DNA of 47,435 nt from Bacteroidota bacterium (lineage in GTDB: Bacteria; Bacteroidota; Bacteroidia; Chitinophagales; JADIYW01): assembly GCA_020436175.1 (NCBI GenBank), contig JAGQYH010000001.1, forward strand, positions 1 to 47,435, written 5' to 3'. Below are positions 10,205-20,365 of the stretch, in pieces (position 1 is the first letter of the stretch; each line of letters begins with the position of its first letter). The position numbers and the translations under genes were made by a program. The notes under the pieces are model-generated. The model saw only the letters and a program-made list of their open reading frames with translations, did not search any database and was not told where the DNA came from.

Positions 10205-10858
10205 ATGCAAGAGTCCATCTACACACAGGAAGAAGAGCGGTTGAACTATGCCACACATGCCGTTGCCACCATACTCAGTATAGTCGGGGTAGTTTATATT
10301 TTGGATAAGGCATTGGCGAAGAATGATTTACTATTGTTTTTGGCTGTTGCAGTGTATGGTATCAGTATTATTTTGGCTTTTTTTAGTTCTACCATTTACC
10401 ATTGGGTAGAAAATCCCAGTTACAAGAACAATTGCCGTTTGTTAGATCATTATGCCATTTATCTGGTAATTGTAGGGAGTTATACTCCATTTGCGGTTAT
10501 TGCCATGCCGAGAAATATTGGTATTCCGGTGTTAGCTCTGGTATGGGGGTTGTCAATTATTGGGATGTTATTTAAGTATAAGATTTGGAGCAGTAAACAA
10601 TTGCAGGAACATGCTAAACTGGATGCTTTAGTTTATACCTTAATTGGCTCTACTGCCTTACTTTTTTTACCATCGTTTGTGAAGTACTTATCGTGGACGT
10701 GCGTCTATTGGGTAATTGCAGGCGGTCTGACGTATATGATCGGAGTATTTTTCTATTTATGGAAATCATTGCCATACAATCATTTGATTTGGCACTTGTT
10801 TGTAATAGTTGCTGCGTTTATCCATTACTACACTATTCTGGAATTCGTAATAGGTTGA
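10205..10858 (+). CDS. Hemolysin III / PAQR family membrane protein (YplQ/TrhA-like)
   Basis: 217 aa with seven predicted helices. The N-terminal EERLNYATH, the central LDHYAIY and the C-terminal HLFV..A...HY histidines are typical of the HlyIII family. Confidence 0.85.
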   Translation: MQESIYTQEEERLNYATHAVATILSIVGVVYILDKALAKNDLLLFLAVAVYGISIILAFFSSTIYHWVENPSYKNNCRLLDHYAIYLVIVGSYTPFAVIAMPRNIGIPVLALVWGLSIIGMLFKYKIWSSKQLQEHAKLDALVYTLIGSTALLFLPSFVKYLSWTCVYWVIAGGLTYMIGVFFYLWKSLPYNHLIWHLFVIVAAFIHYYTILEFVIG

Positions 10859-11066
10859 TCAACCTTGAAGGAAGAAGTAAATTTTCAATATCTATTGTGG
10901 TAAGCAATCTGCTGCTCATCGGGTTGTTATCTAAAAGAGATCATCTACTAATTTGAGGTAAAGCGATATCATCGAATTAGTTATTCTACATTGAGTTAAT
11001 AACTCTGCTAGTTAAAGATGTGTCCAATCCTCTATTTTTACGTCTTAACACTAAAATTCAACTTAT

Positions 11067-12032
11067 ATGAGATATTTATACTTAACACTAGTAGGTTTGT
11101 TTACCGTAGCAATGCTATCTGCACAACCAACCGACAAATTAGCTTCTGGACATGCAGATAAAAAAGCTGCGGCAGAAAAGGTGGAAGGTTGGACGCATGG
11201 AGGCACAGGTTCACTAACTTTTAATCAAATTGGTTTGAAAAACTGGTCTGCCGGTGGCGACCCATCCATTTCATTTTTATTGGCTGCAGGATATGGAGCT
11301 GATTTAAAACAAGGCAAGCACTTGTGGCAAAATAAATTATCAGCAGAGTATGGCATTCAAAAAATAAAGGGTGAGAGTTTCAGAAAGAATGCAGATAAGA
11401 TAGAATTGTTTTCTAAATATGGCTATCAAATTGGTAAGGATGAGAAATGGTATTTTGCAACTTTACTGAATTTTAGATCTCAATTTTCAGAGACCTTTAC
11501 CTTTGATACAGATGGCAATAAAACCGGTACTATCTCACAATTTGCATCTCCGGCCATTCTAGAGTTTTCGGTTGGTATTGATTATGTACCCAACGATAAA
11601 TTTTCATTATACATGTCGCCCGTTGCTGCTAAATGGATTATTGTGGCCAGTGATGGCATAGCTGCATTGAACCTACATGGTAATAATTTCAAGAATGTTA
11701 ATACACAAGTGGGTGCTTTGGCAGTGGCTACCTATAAGCATCAAGTGCATGAAAATGTTACTTTGGGCTCAACATTAAAATTATATAAGGATTATTTAGC
11801 CGGTCCGGCACAAAATATAGATGTTGACTGGCAAACCAATATTGGGTTGAAGGTTACTAAATTTATTTCTGCCAGTGTATTCTTGCACATGATCTGGGAT
11901 TATGATGTAGATACAGATGGCGCAACAGCCGGCATTCAAAGAAATATTCAGTTTAAAGATGTGATCGGCGTAGGATTTGCATATAGTTTCCAAGCAAAAC
12001 CCAAAGGTGATAAAGCCCCTCCGGTAGAATAA
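11067..12032 (+). CDS. Putative outer-membrane beta-barrel protein (DUF3078-like)
   Basis: 321 aa with a signal peptide (..AMLSAQP). It has alternating beta-strand-like pattern and the GGTGSLTFNQIGLKNWSAGG motif that I associate with DUF3078. The family assignment is from memory only. Confidence 0.5.
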   Translation: MRYLYLTLVGLFTVAMLSAQPTDKLASGHADKKAAAEKVEGWTHGGTGSLTFNQIGLKNWSAGGDPSISFLLAAGYGADLKQGKHLWQNKLSAEYGIQKIKGESFRKNADKIELFSKYGYQIGKDEKWYFATLLNFRSQFSETFTFDTDGNKTGTISQFASPAILEFSVGIDYVPNDKFSLYMSPVAAKWIIVASDGIAALNLHGNNFKNVNTQVGALAVATYKHQVHENVTLGSTLKLYKDYLAGPAQNIDVDWQTNIGLKVTKFISASVFLHMIWDYDVDTDGATAGIQRNIQFKDVIGVGFAYSFQAKPKGDKAPPVE

Positions 12033-12056
12033 ATGTAAATTTATCTGCTGTATAAT

Positions 12057-12098
12057 AATGGCGCATTCGGAGCAATCGTGATGCGCCATTTTAATTTG
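12057..12098 (+). terminator. Rho-independent terminator after the DUF3078-like gene
   Basis: A perfect 10-bp stem AATGGCGCAT (12057-12066) pairs with ATGCGCCATT (12081-12090) around a 14-nt loop. It is followed by TTAATTTG. Confidence 0.7.
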
Positions 12099-12129
12099 TA
12101 TATTATAGAATCAAGTAAATAAATAAGTT

Positions 12130-12942
12130 ATGGACACACAACATTATATTGATATGGCGGTAGAGTATGCCATTCAATACGGACCGAAAATTTTATTAGC
12201 GATCATTATTCTGTTTATCGGATTGAAAGTGATCGGCATGTTTGGTAAATATTTTGAGAAGATATTATTAAAGAGCAAGGTGGACAAATCATTGTCCAGT
12301 TTTTTAGTAGCTCTGGTGACGATCGTGTTAAAGATTGCATTGTTCATCTCTGTATTAACGATGTTTGGCGTGGCTACTACTTCATTCGTGGCAGTGTTAG
12401 GAGCAATGGCTTTTGCCGTGGGAATGGCACTACAAGGTTCTTTGGGAAATTTTGCCGGAGGGGTTTTGATCATGCTCTTCAAACCATTTAAAGTAGGCGA
12501 TGTGATTACCGCTCAAGATCACACCGGAAAGGTCAAAGACATTGATATTTTTGTCACTAAGCTGTTGACCCCGCAAAATAGATTGGTGATCATACCTAAT
12601 GGACCTTTGGCAGGAGGAAACATTGTGAATCTTACCGCAGAAGAAAAACTGAGAGTAGATATTACCATCGGCATTGGTTATGGAGAGGATATCAAACAGG
12701 CAAGAGATGTTTTGGTTAAAGTGATGATGGATCATCCCAAGGTTTTAAAGGATCCTGCTCCTTCGGTTAAAGTAAAGGAACTGGCAGATAGTTCAGTGAA
12801 CTTGTTACTGTTGCCATTTGCCAAGACGGAAGACTTTTGGGAAGTCAACTTTGATTTGATAGAAAACTCAAAATTGGCGTTGGATGCCGCTAATATTGAA
12901 ATTCCTTATCCGCATCAAGTAGAGATACACAAGGAAGCGTAA
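12130..12942 (+). CDS. Small-conductance mechanosensitive channel (MscS family)
   Basis: 270 aa with three N-terminal helices. The pore helix is G/A-rich (LGAMAFAVGMALQGSLGNFAGGVLIMLF) and is followed by PFKVGDVI and a beta-domain typical of MscS. Confidence 0.85.
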   Translation: MDTQHYIDMAVEYAIQYGPKILLAIIILFIGLKVIGMFGKYFEKILLKSKVDKSLSSFLVALVTIVLKIALFISVLTMFGVATTSFVAVLGAMAFAVGMALQGSLGNFAGGVLIMLFKPFKVGDVITAQDHTGKVKDIDIFVTKLLTPQNRLVIIPNGPLAGGNIVNLTAEEKLRVDITIGIGYGEDIKQARDVLVKVMMDHPKVLKDPAPSVKVKELADSSVNLLLLPFAKTEDFWEVNFDLIENSKLALDAANIEIPYPHQVEIHKEA

Positions 12943-12968
12943 ACCAATAGTAAGATTAAGATTATTTG

Positions 12969-12998
12969 AGGCGATGATATTTTTCATCGCCTTTTTTT
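12969..12998. terminator. Hairpin terminator between convergent mscS and the ABC permease
   Basis: A 9-bp stem AGGCGATGA pairs with TCATCGCCT around a 6-nt loop, followed by a T-run on the plus strand. The T-run overlaps the stop codon of the minus-strand permease. On the minus strand the downstream tract is weaker. Confidence 0.65.
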
Positions 12999-14316
12999 AA
13001 TACCTCAACCATTTCAATAGCTTACTAAAACTAACTTTTTGGCCTTGGATCAGTATGCCGATCCTGTAAATTCTTCCGGCTATCCAAACCATGGTCAAAG
13101 CACTTCCCAATAATATGATCATGGAAAGTAATTGCTCCCAAAAAGGGATCTCAAAGGGTATTCTCGACATCATTACTACCGGTGCGGTGAAGGGGATTAC
13201 AGATCCCCAGAAAGCCAATGATGAATTGGGTTGGTCTATAATCGCCATCATGATCACGATGGAAATAATGATGGGAATGGATATTGGGAACATTAAGGTT
13301 TGTACGTCACCATCATCAGAAGCCGCAGAACCAATGGCGGCAAACTGAGCAGCATATAAAATGTAACCGAATAAAAAATAGAATAAGAAGCTTAGCCCAA
13401 CTCTAAACCAATTGAGCTCGCCAAGATACATCAATGCATTGGCAATTTTCTCTTCCATATCTGCGGCATCCATTTGTGTCATTTCAGCCGAAGGCATAGT
13501 GCTTTGTGCCTGCATTAATTCAGGCCCTAACAGAAAGCCGGCTAGCGTAAATGTTGTAAAAAATATGACGGCCCAAATGATCAATTGGGTTAAACCAACG
13601 GCTCCTATGCCCAAAATTTTACCCATCATCAACTGAAATGGTTTAATCGTAGTGATGATCACTTCCACAATTCGATTGGTTTTTTCCTCCATGACACTTC
13701 GCATCACCATGGCACCATAGGCAAACAAATAAATGTAGATGATGAATCCGATCAGATAGCCAATGGCAGTAGCGATCTCTGTTTTTCCATCAGAGCTTTG
13801 GTCGCCATCAATGGTGGTTTGGATGGTTATTGGCTGATTTAACTGAGCAATAATCGCTTCATCGTAATTCAGTTGTTTGATACGTCCAGAACGTATTACT
13901 TCTGACAATTCTGCTTCTAAATAGGCTTTTGTCTTTAGGCCGATAGTATGATAAGTATAATAATTGATGGTTTTCAATTGTCGTTCTGCTTCAAAATCAA
14001 TAGGCGGAATATACAGTACGCCACTATATCCCATTTTTGAATAGGTTTGAAGTAAACTGTCCTTTGTAATATTAGAAGAATCAAAATAGACGAAAGTAAG
14101 ATTGTCGGTATCCATTCCTCTCACTTTGTTCTGAAACAATCCTGAATCATCTTTTACTGCAAAAGAAATTTGCTCGGAAGAGCTTTGTGAGATCAGCGCA
14201 ATACCAATCATGGCAGCTACAAAAAGCACCGGAACTACTAAAGTGGTAACAATAAACGCCCTCTTTTTGACTTTCGTGAGGTATTCTCTTTTAAATATCA
14301 ACCAAATCTTATTCAT
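12997..14316 (-). CDS. ABC-2 type transporter permease (NatB-like)
   Basis: 439 aa. One N-terminal helix is followed by a large extracytoplasmic loop, then five C-terminal helices. It overlaps the upstream ATPase gene by 8 nt. Confidence 0.8.
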   Translation of the reverse strand: MNKIWLIFKREYLTKVKKRAFIVTTLVVPVLFVAAMIGIALISQSSSEQISFAVKDDSGLFQNKVRGMDTDNLTFVYFDSSNITKDSLLQTYSKMGYSGVLYIPPIDFEAERQLKTINYYTYHTIGLKTKAYLEAELSEVIRSGRIKQLNYDEAIIAQLNQPITIQTTIDGDQSSDGKTEIATAIGYLIGFIIYIYLFAYGAMVMRSVMEEKTNRIVEVIITTIKPFQLMMGKILGIGAVGLTQLIIWAVIFFTTFTLAGFLLGPELMQAQSTMPSAEMTQMDAADMEEKIANALMYLGELNWFRVGLSFLFYFLFGYILYAAQFAAIGSAASDDGDVQTLMFPISIPIIISIVIMMAIIDQPNSSLAFWGSVIPFTAPVVMMSRIPFEIPFWEQLLSMIILLGSALTMVWIAGRIYRIGILIQGQKVSFSKLLKWLRY

Positions 14317-15244
14317 CTTTTAAATCATTTTGATGAATAAATTTTTTCTTTACTTCATTGATAAAGATCTCGTTCAAAGAAGGTAAAATCTCAGTGACGC
14401 CATGTATTTCTACCTGATGATTGATCAAAGCTCTAATCAATTCATTAGAGTTTTGATGATCAGTCAATTCAAATTTTAACGTTTTTTCCTGTTGATCAAG
14501 CAGCTTAAATCCGCGCGGGATGTTTTCCGGTGTCAATTGGCCTTCAAACTGAATCAAATAATGATTGGCTTTGAACTGATTTTTAATGTCAGCTACGGAG
14601 CCTTCTAATACGATATTGCCCTTGTTGATGAGTACGATGTCTTCACAAATTTGCTCAACCTGTTCCATTCTGTGGGTCGAGAAAACAATTGAAGTGCCCT
14701 TTTTTTGAAGTTCGTTAATTTCATTGGTGATCAAATTCGTATTCACCGGATCCAATCCCGAAAAGGGTTCGTCTAAGATCAATAATTTGGGATCATGGAT
14801 GACAGTGGCGACAAATTGAATTTTTTGCTGCATGCCTTTAGAAAGCTCTTCCACTTTTTTTGTCCACCAATCTTCAATTTCAAACTTTTCAAACCAATGT
14901 TTGATCCTATTACGAGCCTCTTTAGCAGATAAATTTCTCAATTGGGAGAGATAAACCAATTGTTCTCCAACCTTCATTTTCTTGTACAAGCCTCTTTCTT
15001 CGGGCATATAACCAATATCATAAATGTTGGATTTGGAAAGTGGTTGGCCGTCAAAAAACAATTGACCGCTATCGGGACTGAAAATTTGAGTGATCAATCG
15101 GATAAAAGTGGTTTTGCCTGCGCCATTGGGACCAAGCAAACCAAATATTTTTCCTTTTGGGATGTTTAAATCAATAGAATTTAGGGCGACGTTCTTATCA
15201 AATGTCTTGGCTAGTTTTTCAGCTTTTACAATGTGATCTTGCAT
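14309..15244 (-). CDS. ABC transporter ATP-binding protein (NatA-like)
   Basis: 311 aa with Walker A GPNGAGKTT, signature LSKGMQQK, Walker B LLILDEP and an H-loop (STH). Confidence 0.9.
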   Translation of the reverse strand: MQDHIVKAEKLAKTFDKNVALNSIDLNIPKGKIFGLLGPNGAGKTTFIRLITQIFSPDSGQLFFDGQPLSKSNIYDIGYMPEERGLYKKMKVGEQLVYLSQLRNLSAKEARNRIKHWFEKFEIEDWWTKKVEELSKGMQQKIQFVATVIHDPKLLILDEPFSGLDPVNTNLITNEINELQKKGTSIVFSTHRMEQVEQICEDIVLINKGNIVLEGSVADIKNQFKANHYLIQFEGQLTPENIPRGFKLLDQQEKTLKFELTDHQNSNELIRALINHQVEIHGVTEILPSLNEIFINEVKKKFIHQNDLKDE

Positions 15245-16275
15245 TACTTTGCAATTACTAGAGGCAGTGCGCTTCGACTTCCGTTGGTTTCAATGCTTAT
15301 GAAATATAAACCATTGGCAAGCTCCGGTAAATCCATTTTAATTTTATTAAAGCCCTTTGTCAATTGAATGAATTCATTGGAGATGATCTTTCCTGAAAGG
15401 TCAACAATGGAAAGCGTAATTTCTGACAAATAGCTATTGTTGAACTCAATAAAAGTAAAGTAAGAAGCAGGGTTAGGATAATGTTTGAATTGTGTAACCA
15501 ATGCTTCAAACACGGTAGTGATCATATCCAATGCAAATACATTACCGGCTTCATCAACTCCTAAAAAGCTAACAGCCGGACCATCGTTATTGGCAGACGG
15601 AACAATGAAACCGGATAATAATATGGTTAATGTTTTTCCGTCGATAGTAGTTAAATCAATGCTTCTGGAAGCTATGGTATTGGCAGAGTCGGTGCTGGTA
15701 ATAAACAAGTCTCTGCTCAGTTTGGTCAATTGTGTGGAGGTAGCACTGTACTCTCCGTAGGACATGTCATCCACAATAAAGTCTAATTGAAAATCTGCTA
15801 CATCTAATTCTACCAAATCAGAAACACCATGGAAGAAATTCACTTTGATCTTATTGCCGGCAATATCAGAAGTATCCACTGTATTCCAGGTGGCCGTCAA
15901 GTCTAATGAAATGCCTTCAGGATTAGAGGTGTATCCGGTTGAGTTAATTACGCCATTAAGTATGCTTTGGTAGTATTGTCCGGCCTGAATATCCAAGTTA
16001 TTTAACTCGAAAGATTCTGAAGGATAGGCCACCGAGGTAAATTTTAAAGTTTGATTATTGCCTTCGGGAACAGTTAAATAAGCGGTAGCTTCGTTGAAAG
16101 AAAGTGAATCTACTAAGATGCTGTCTTCCAAGCTGACACTTACTAAATTCATACTTGTATCAGCAGAAACATTGATCAATTGTAAATTTCCATCTGCTGC
16201 TTTGACTGAAAACATTGCCAAGATCATTCCGCACAAAACTATACTTAGTTGCCTCATAATTTTATTATTCTTCAC
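15244..16275 (-). CDS. Secreted protein with T9SS C-terminal sorting domain (N-terminal part DUF4397-like)
   Basis: 343 aa with a signal peptide. The last roughly 80 aa (YPNPASYFTFIEF...LSIVDLSGKII...GLYFISIETNGS...LVIAK) match the Por_Secre_tail / type-A CTD pattern. Its stop overlaps the ABC ATPase start (TAATG). Confidence 0.7.
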   Translation of the reverse strand: MKNNKIMRQLSIVLCGMILAMFSVKAADGNLQLINVSADTSMNLVSVSLEDSILVDSLSFNEATAYLTVPEGNNQTLKFTSVAYPSESFELNNLDIQAGQYYQSILNGVINSTGYTSNPEGISLDLTATWNTVDTSDIAGNKIKVNFFHGVSDLVELDVADFQLDFIVDDMSYGEYSATSTQLTKLSRDLFITSTDSANTIASRSIDLTTIDGKTLTILLSGFIVPSANNDGPAVSFLGVDEAGNVFALDMITTVFEALVTQFKHYPNPASYFTFIEFNNSYLSEITLSIVDLSGKIISNEFIQLTKGFNKIKMDLPELANGLYFISIETNGSRSALPLVIAK

Positions 16276-16330
16276 AAAAATAGGAAAGCCAACTACATAA
16301 TTTAGCCGGATAACAATTCTTTAGATTAAT

Positions 16331-17494
16331 TTATTTTTGAAAGTAGTCCTTCATTGAGCTAAAAAATCCCTTTCCTTTATTCTTTTTGTTATACGGATCA
16401 AAATTTTCTGCTTCTTTTAATTTTTCGAGAATAGCAATCTCTTCATTCGTCAAATTGGTTGGCGTATAAACATTTACATCCACAATTTGGTCGCCTCTGC
16501 CGTAACCGTTCAAGCTGGGTAAGCCTTTTCCGGTAAGTTTAAAAAGTTTACCGCTTTGCGTTCCTTTAGGCACTTTAATTTTGGCCTTGCCGTCAATGGT
16601 TGGTACTTCAATTTGGGTGCCTAAAGCAGCATCGGCAATGTTCAAATACAAATTATAGATCACATTGTTGCCTTCACGAGTTAACTCTTCGTGTGGCACT
16701 TCCTCAATCGTGATCAATAAATCGCCATTCATGCCACCTCTTTGTCCTGCATTACCTTTGCCACTCATGGATAATTGAACGCCTTCGCCAACACCGGCAG
16801 GGATATCAATGGTAATTACTTCTTCGCCGTAATTTCTTCCTTCGCCTCTGCACTTGGTACATTTGGCGGTTACTACTTTGCCTTCCCCTCTACAGGCAGG
16901 GCAAGTAGCCGTGGTTTGCATCTGACCTAATATGGTATTGGAAATTTTTCGAACCACACCGGAACCGTTACAAGTATTACAAGTTTGGTAGGAGTTGGAA
17001 TCTTTCGCTCCGGTACCGGAACAAGTATCACAACTTACATGCTTTTTTACTTTGATCTTTTTTTGAACGCCATTGGCAATCTCTTCCAAGGTAAGTTTTA
17101 CTTTAACTCGAAGGTTCGATCCGGGCGTTCCGCCGCTTCGTCTTTGACGGCTTCGTCCACCGCCACCAAAGAAAGATTCAAACGGGTTGCCTTCTCCAAA
17201 GATGTCGCCAAATTGTGAGAAGATATCGTCCATGTTCATGCTACCTCTGCCACCGAAACCTCCAGCACCACCAACACCTGCATGTCCGAATCTATCGTAT
17301 TTGGCCCGTTTGTTTTGATCGCTTAGAATTTCGTAAGCCTCTGCTGCTTCTTTGAATTTTTCTTCCGCTTCTTTATCATCCGGATTTCTGTCAGGGTGAT
17401 ATTGCAAGGCCGTTTTTCGGTAAGCTTTTTTAATTTCTTCTGCACTGGCGCTTTTCGATACGCCTAGAATTTCGTAATAATCTCTTTTCGCCAT
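16331..17494 (-). CDS. dnaJ: Molecular chaperone DnaJ
   Basis: 387 aa with a J-domain carrying HPD (YHPDRNP) and a G/F-rich linker. It has four CxxCxGxG zinc-finger repeats ([32 protein letters not shown]). Confidence 0.97.
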   Translation of the reverse strand: MAKRDYYEILGVSKSASAEEIKKAYRKTALQYHPDRNPDDKEAEEKFKEAAEAYEILSDQNKRAKYDRFGHAGVGGAGGFGGRGSMNMDDIFSQFGDIFGEGNPFESFFGGGGRSRQRRSGGTPGSNLRVKVKLTLEEIANGVQKKIKVKKHVSCDTCSGTGAKDSNSYQTCNTCNGSGVVRKISNTILGQMQTTATCPACRGEGKVVTAKCTKCRGEGRNYGEEVITIDIPAGVGEGVQLSMSGKGNAGQRGGMNGDLLITIEEVPHEELTREGNNVIYNLYLNIADAALGTQIEVPTIDGKAKIKVPKGTQSGKLFKLTGKGLPSLNGYGRGDQIVDVNVYTPTNLTNEEIAILEKLKEAENFDPYNKKNKGKGFFSSMKDYFQK

Positions 17495-17499
17495 CCCTG

Positions 17500-18072
17500 C
17501 TATTTTCCTACGACCACTTTTGCGTAACGTATAATTTTATCATGTAATTTATAACCCTTCTCAATGACATCAACCACTTTGCCTTTCAATTCCTCATTGG
17601 GTGCAGGAATTTCCGTAATGGCCTCATGCAGATCGGCATCAAAATCTTTGTACAAACTATCCATCGGCTCCAAACCTTTATGTTTTAATTTGGAGAATAG
17701 CTTTTCCTGGATTAGTTTAAATCCGTCTTTAGCTGCTTGGATGTCATCACTTTCTGCCATGGCCTTTTCGGCTCTTTCAAAATCATCAATAACAGAAACC
17801 ATTTCAATCACTACATCCTGACCGGCAGTTTTGATAAGATCTAATCTTTCTTTAGCCGTTCTTTTTTTATAATTATCGAATTCTGCATACAATCTCAAAA
17901 ATTTGTCTTTTTGTTCTTGCAATTGAATTCTGGCCTCTTCCAATTCACTTTCCAACTCTTCAGTTTTTGAAAGTTTCTTAGTTTTCTTTTTTTGCTCTTT
18001 TTCGGCAGATGTTTCAGAACTGTCGTTCTGTTGCATTTCTTCTTCTAAATCAGTCAACTTTTCAGTATCCAT
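17500..18072 (-). CDS. grpE: Nucleotide exchange factor GrpE
   Basis: 190 aa with an acidic and Lys-rich N-terminus. It has the conserved [13 protein letters not shown] coiled-coil segment and a C-terminal beta domain. It lies 5 nt upstream of dnaJ. Confidence 0.93.
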   Translation of the reverse strand: MDTEKLTDLEEEMQQNDSSETSAEKEQKKKTKKLSKTEELESELEEARIQLQEQKDKFLRLYAEFDNYKKRTAKERLDLIKTAGQDVVIEMVSVIDDFERAEKAMAESDDIQAAKDGFKLIQEKLFSKLKHKGLEPMDSLYKDFDADLHEAITEIPAPNEELKGKVVDVIEKGYKLHDKIIRYAKVVVGK

Positions 18073-18226
18073 AAACTAATTGTGTTTGCTGCATACTAGA
18101 CAAATTACTTGCCAATGTAAAGTTGGGACAAAATGGCAGAAAATAAATGATTAAGTTGATTAGTGTTAAGAGAAACAAAAATTCAAAAGGCCAAGCTTTA
18201 GATCAAACCGGAGAAGTAAATCTAGT

Positions 18227-18772
18227 CTACTTTTTCTTCTTCAATCTTTTGTCCAATTCCATTTGAATAATGGCAGGACTTGGATTTCTGGCAATGATAT
18301 AGCCTTCTTCATCAATTAAATAAGTCGTGGGAATACTGCTGATGCCATAAGGTTTACCGGCTTCCGTTCTCCATCCTTTTAGATCGCTTACGTGGTATTT
18401 CCACGAAAGATTGTCTTTATCAATGGCATCTATCCATCTTGCTTTATCCTTATCTAAAGAAACGCTGAAGACTTCAAAGCCTTCGGTACCTTTGATGAAC
18501 TTTTGATCTTTATATTCTTCATAGACTTTTACAACATGCGGATTGGCTCTTCTGCACGGACCGCACCAACTGGCCCAGAAATCCAACAATACCACATAGC
18601 CTTGTAACTCGCTGAGCGCCATTTCTTTGTCTTCCGGATTTAAGAATTTCAAGTCAATGGCTTTATCACCTACTTGAGGTATTCCACTCGGAGTCATCGG
18701 ATTCTTCATCCATGCCATACTTACCATTCCAATGGTTAAAATTAGTCCCAGTATTAATCCGTTTTTCTTCAT
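18227..18772 (-). CDS. TlpA/ResA-like thiol:disulfide oxidoreductase (thioredoxin fold)
   Basis: 181 aa with an N-terminal signal or anchor and the active site WASWCGPC in an AhpC/TSA-redoxin-like context. Confidence 0.85.
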   Translation of the reverse strand: MKKNGLILGLILTIGMVSMAWMKNPMTPSGIPQVGDKAIDLKFLNPEDKEMALSELQGYVVLLDFWASWCGPCRRANPHVVKVYEEYKDQKFIKGTEGFEVFSVSLDKDKARWIDAIDKDNLSWKYHVSDLKGWRTEAGKPYGISSIPTTYLIDEEGYIIARNPSPAIIQMELDKRLKKKK

Positions 18773-18908
18773 TATCTACTTTTTTGGTGTTACCAAAGGG
18801 TTTTAAGTGTTTGTCAATCGTATTTGAGTTTTAAAACAGCAACCATTTTATTTGATGATCACTATTCATTTCAATAATAACAAATTCTGTTCCAAATAAT
18901 CGTTAAGA

Positions 18909-18940
18909 AACCTGAAAGGATTTATCAAACCTTTCAGGTT
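18909..18940 (-). terminator. Hairpin downstream of murA (possible terminator)
   Basis: An 11-bp perfect stem AACCTGAAAGG pairs with CCTTTCAGGTT around a 10-nt loop, 9 nt after the murA stop. The downstream tract on the minus strand (TCTTAACGATTATTTGG) is only moderately T-rich. Confidence 0.45.
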
Positions 18941-18948
18941 GATGTTCA

Positions 18949-20265
18949 TCAGGATGAAACTCTTTCAATTTTAGCACCTAATGCATTTAAACGACCATCT
19001 ATGTTTTGGTAACCTCTATCAATTTGATTGATGTTTTTAATGATGCTGGTACCTTCAGCCGACATGGCTGCGATTAAAAGGGCAACACCGGCTCTGATGT
19101 CCGGCGAACTCATTTCAATAGCACGCAAAGGATATTCTTTATTGATGCCGATTACTGTGGCTCTATGAGGATCGCATAGAATGATCTTAGCGCCCATATC
19201 GATCAATTTATCGGTAAAGAACAATCGACTTTCAAACATTTTTTGATGAATGAGGATGCTGCCTTTTGCTTGTGTGGCCACCACCAATATTATACTTAAA
19301 AGATCGGGGGTAAAGCCCGGCCAGGGATGGTCGTAGATGGTAAGGATAGAACCGTCTATGAATTTGTCGATCTTATAATATTCTTGTTTGGGAATATAAA
19401 TATCGTCGCCTCGGAATTCCATTTCAATGCCCAATTTTTGAAAGGTGGACGGGATCAAGCCTAACTGATCTATTCTACAATTTTTTATGGTCAGTTCTGA
19501 AGCCGTCATGGCCGCCAATCCAATAAAACTACCAATTTCAATCATATCCGGCAATATGGTATGATGAGCGCCGTGTAACTCTTTCACGCCTTCGATCTCC
19601 AATAAATTGGAACCAACGCCGTTGATCTTGGCACCCATTCGTTGCAGTAATTGGCAAAGTTGCTGGATATAAGGTTCGCAGGCGGCATTATAAATGGTGG
19701 TTTTTCCTTTGGCCATTACAGCAGTCATAATGATGTTACCTGTTCCTGTAACGGAAGGTTCATCCAAATGAACATAAGTACCTGTTAGGTCATTGGCATT
19801 GATACTGAAAAAGGCATCGTTTTGGTCGTAATCAAAAGTAGCTCCTAAACGCACAAAGCCATGAAAATGAGTGTCTAATCTTCTACGACCAATTTTATCT
19901 CCTCCGGGTTTGGGCATATAAGCCTTATGAAATCGAGCCAACAAAGGTCCAATGATCAATAAGGAACCTCTCAATCGGCCGGCTTGATGCTTAAATTCAT
20001 TGGTAGTGAGGTATTCTAAGTTTACATTTTCCGCTTTGAAACTGTATTGGTTCGGGGCTAAATGTTTAACCGTTACGCCTATGTCTTGCAAAAGTTTGAT
20101 AAGGGCATTCACGTCTCTGATGTCGGGGATATTATCGATAACCACTTCTTCTGCCGTCAATAATGTACAGGCAATTACTTGCAACGCTTCATTTTTGGCA
20201 CCTTGTGGGTGAATATCACCATGTAAAGAATGACCTCCTTCTACTTTAAAAGCATCTAATTCCAT
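18949..20265 (-). CDS. murA: UDP-N-acetylglucosamine 1-carboxyvinyltransferase
   Basis: 438 aa with MurA layout throughout (N-terminal GAKNEALQ, active-site loop KPGGDKIGRRRLD, C-terminal IDRGY..I...L..LGA). The active-site loop carries Asp where E. coli MurA has Cys115. Confidence 0.95.
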   Translation of the reverse strand: MELDAFKVEGGHSLHGDIHPQGAKNEALQVIACTLLTAEEVVIDNIPDIRDVNALIKLLQDIGVTVKHLAPNQYSFKAENVNLEYLTTNEFKHQAGRLRGSLLIIGPLLARFHKAYMPKPGGDKIGRRRLDTHFHGFVRLGATFDYDQNDAFFSINANDLTGTYVHLDEPSVTGTGNIIMTAVMAKGKTTIYNAACEPYIQQLCQLLQRMGAKINGVGSNLLEIEGVKELHGAHHTILPDMIEIGSFIGLAAMTASELTIKNCRIDQLGLIPSTFQKLGIEMEFRGDDIYIPKQEYYKIDKFIDGSILTIYDHPWPGFTPDLLSIILVVATQAKGSILIHQKMFESRLFFTDKLIDMGAKIILCDPHRATVIGINKEYPLRAIEMSSPDIRAGVALLIAAMSAEGTSIIKNINQIDRGYQNIDGRLNALGAKIERVSS

Positions 20266-20365
20266 TACTCAAAATAATTTGCTTAAAATTAAATAAACGG
20301 ACAGAGTGCCGAATGGTAATCCATAAACAAGTGTGGATAGCCGTGAAGGCTTTCAATTTCAACGG

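Noticed and set aside
10693-10956. An 87-aa plus-strand ORF overlapping the end of the hemolysin-III gene and extending into the intergenic region.
   Set aside because: It is out of frame with and mostly inside the supported hlyIII CDS. It has no recognisable features and is probably spurious.
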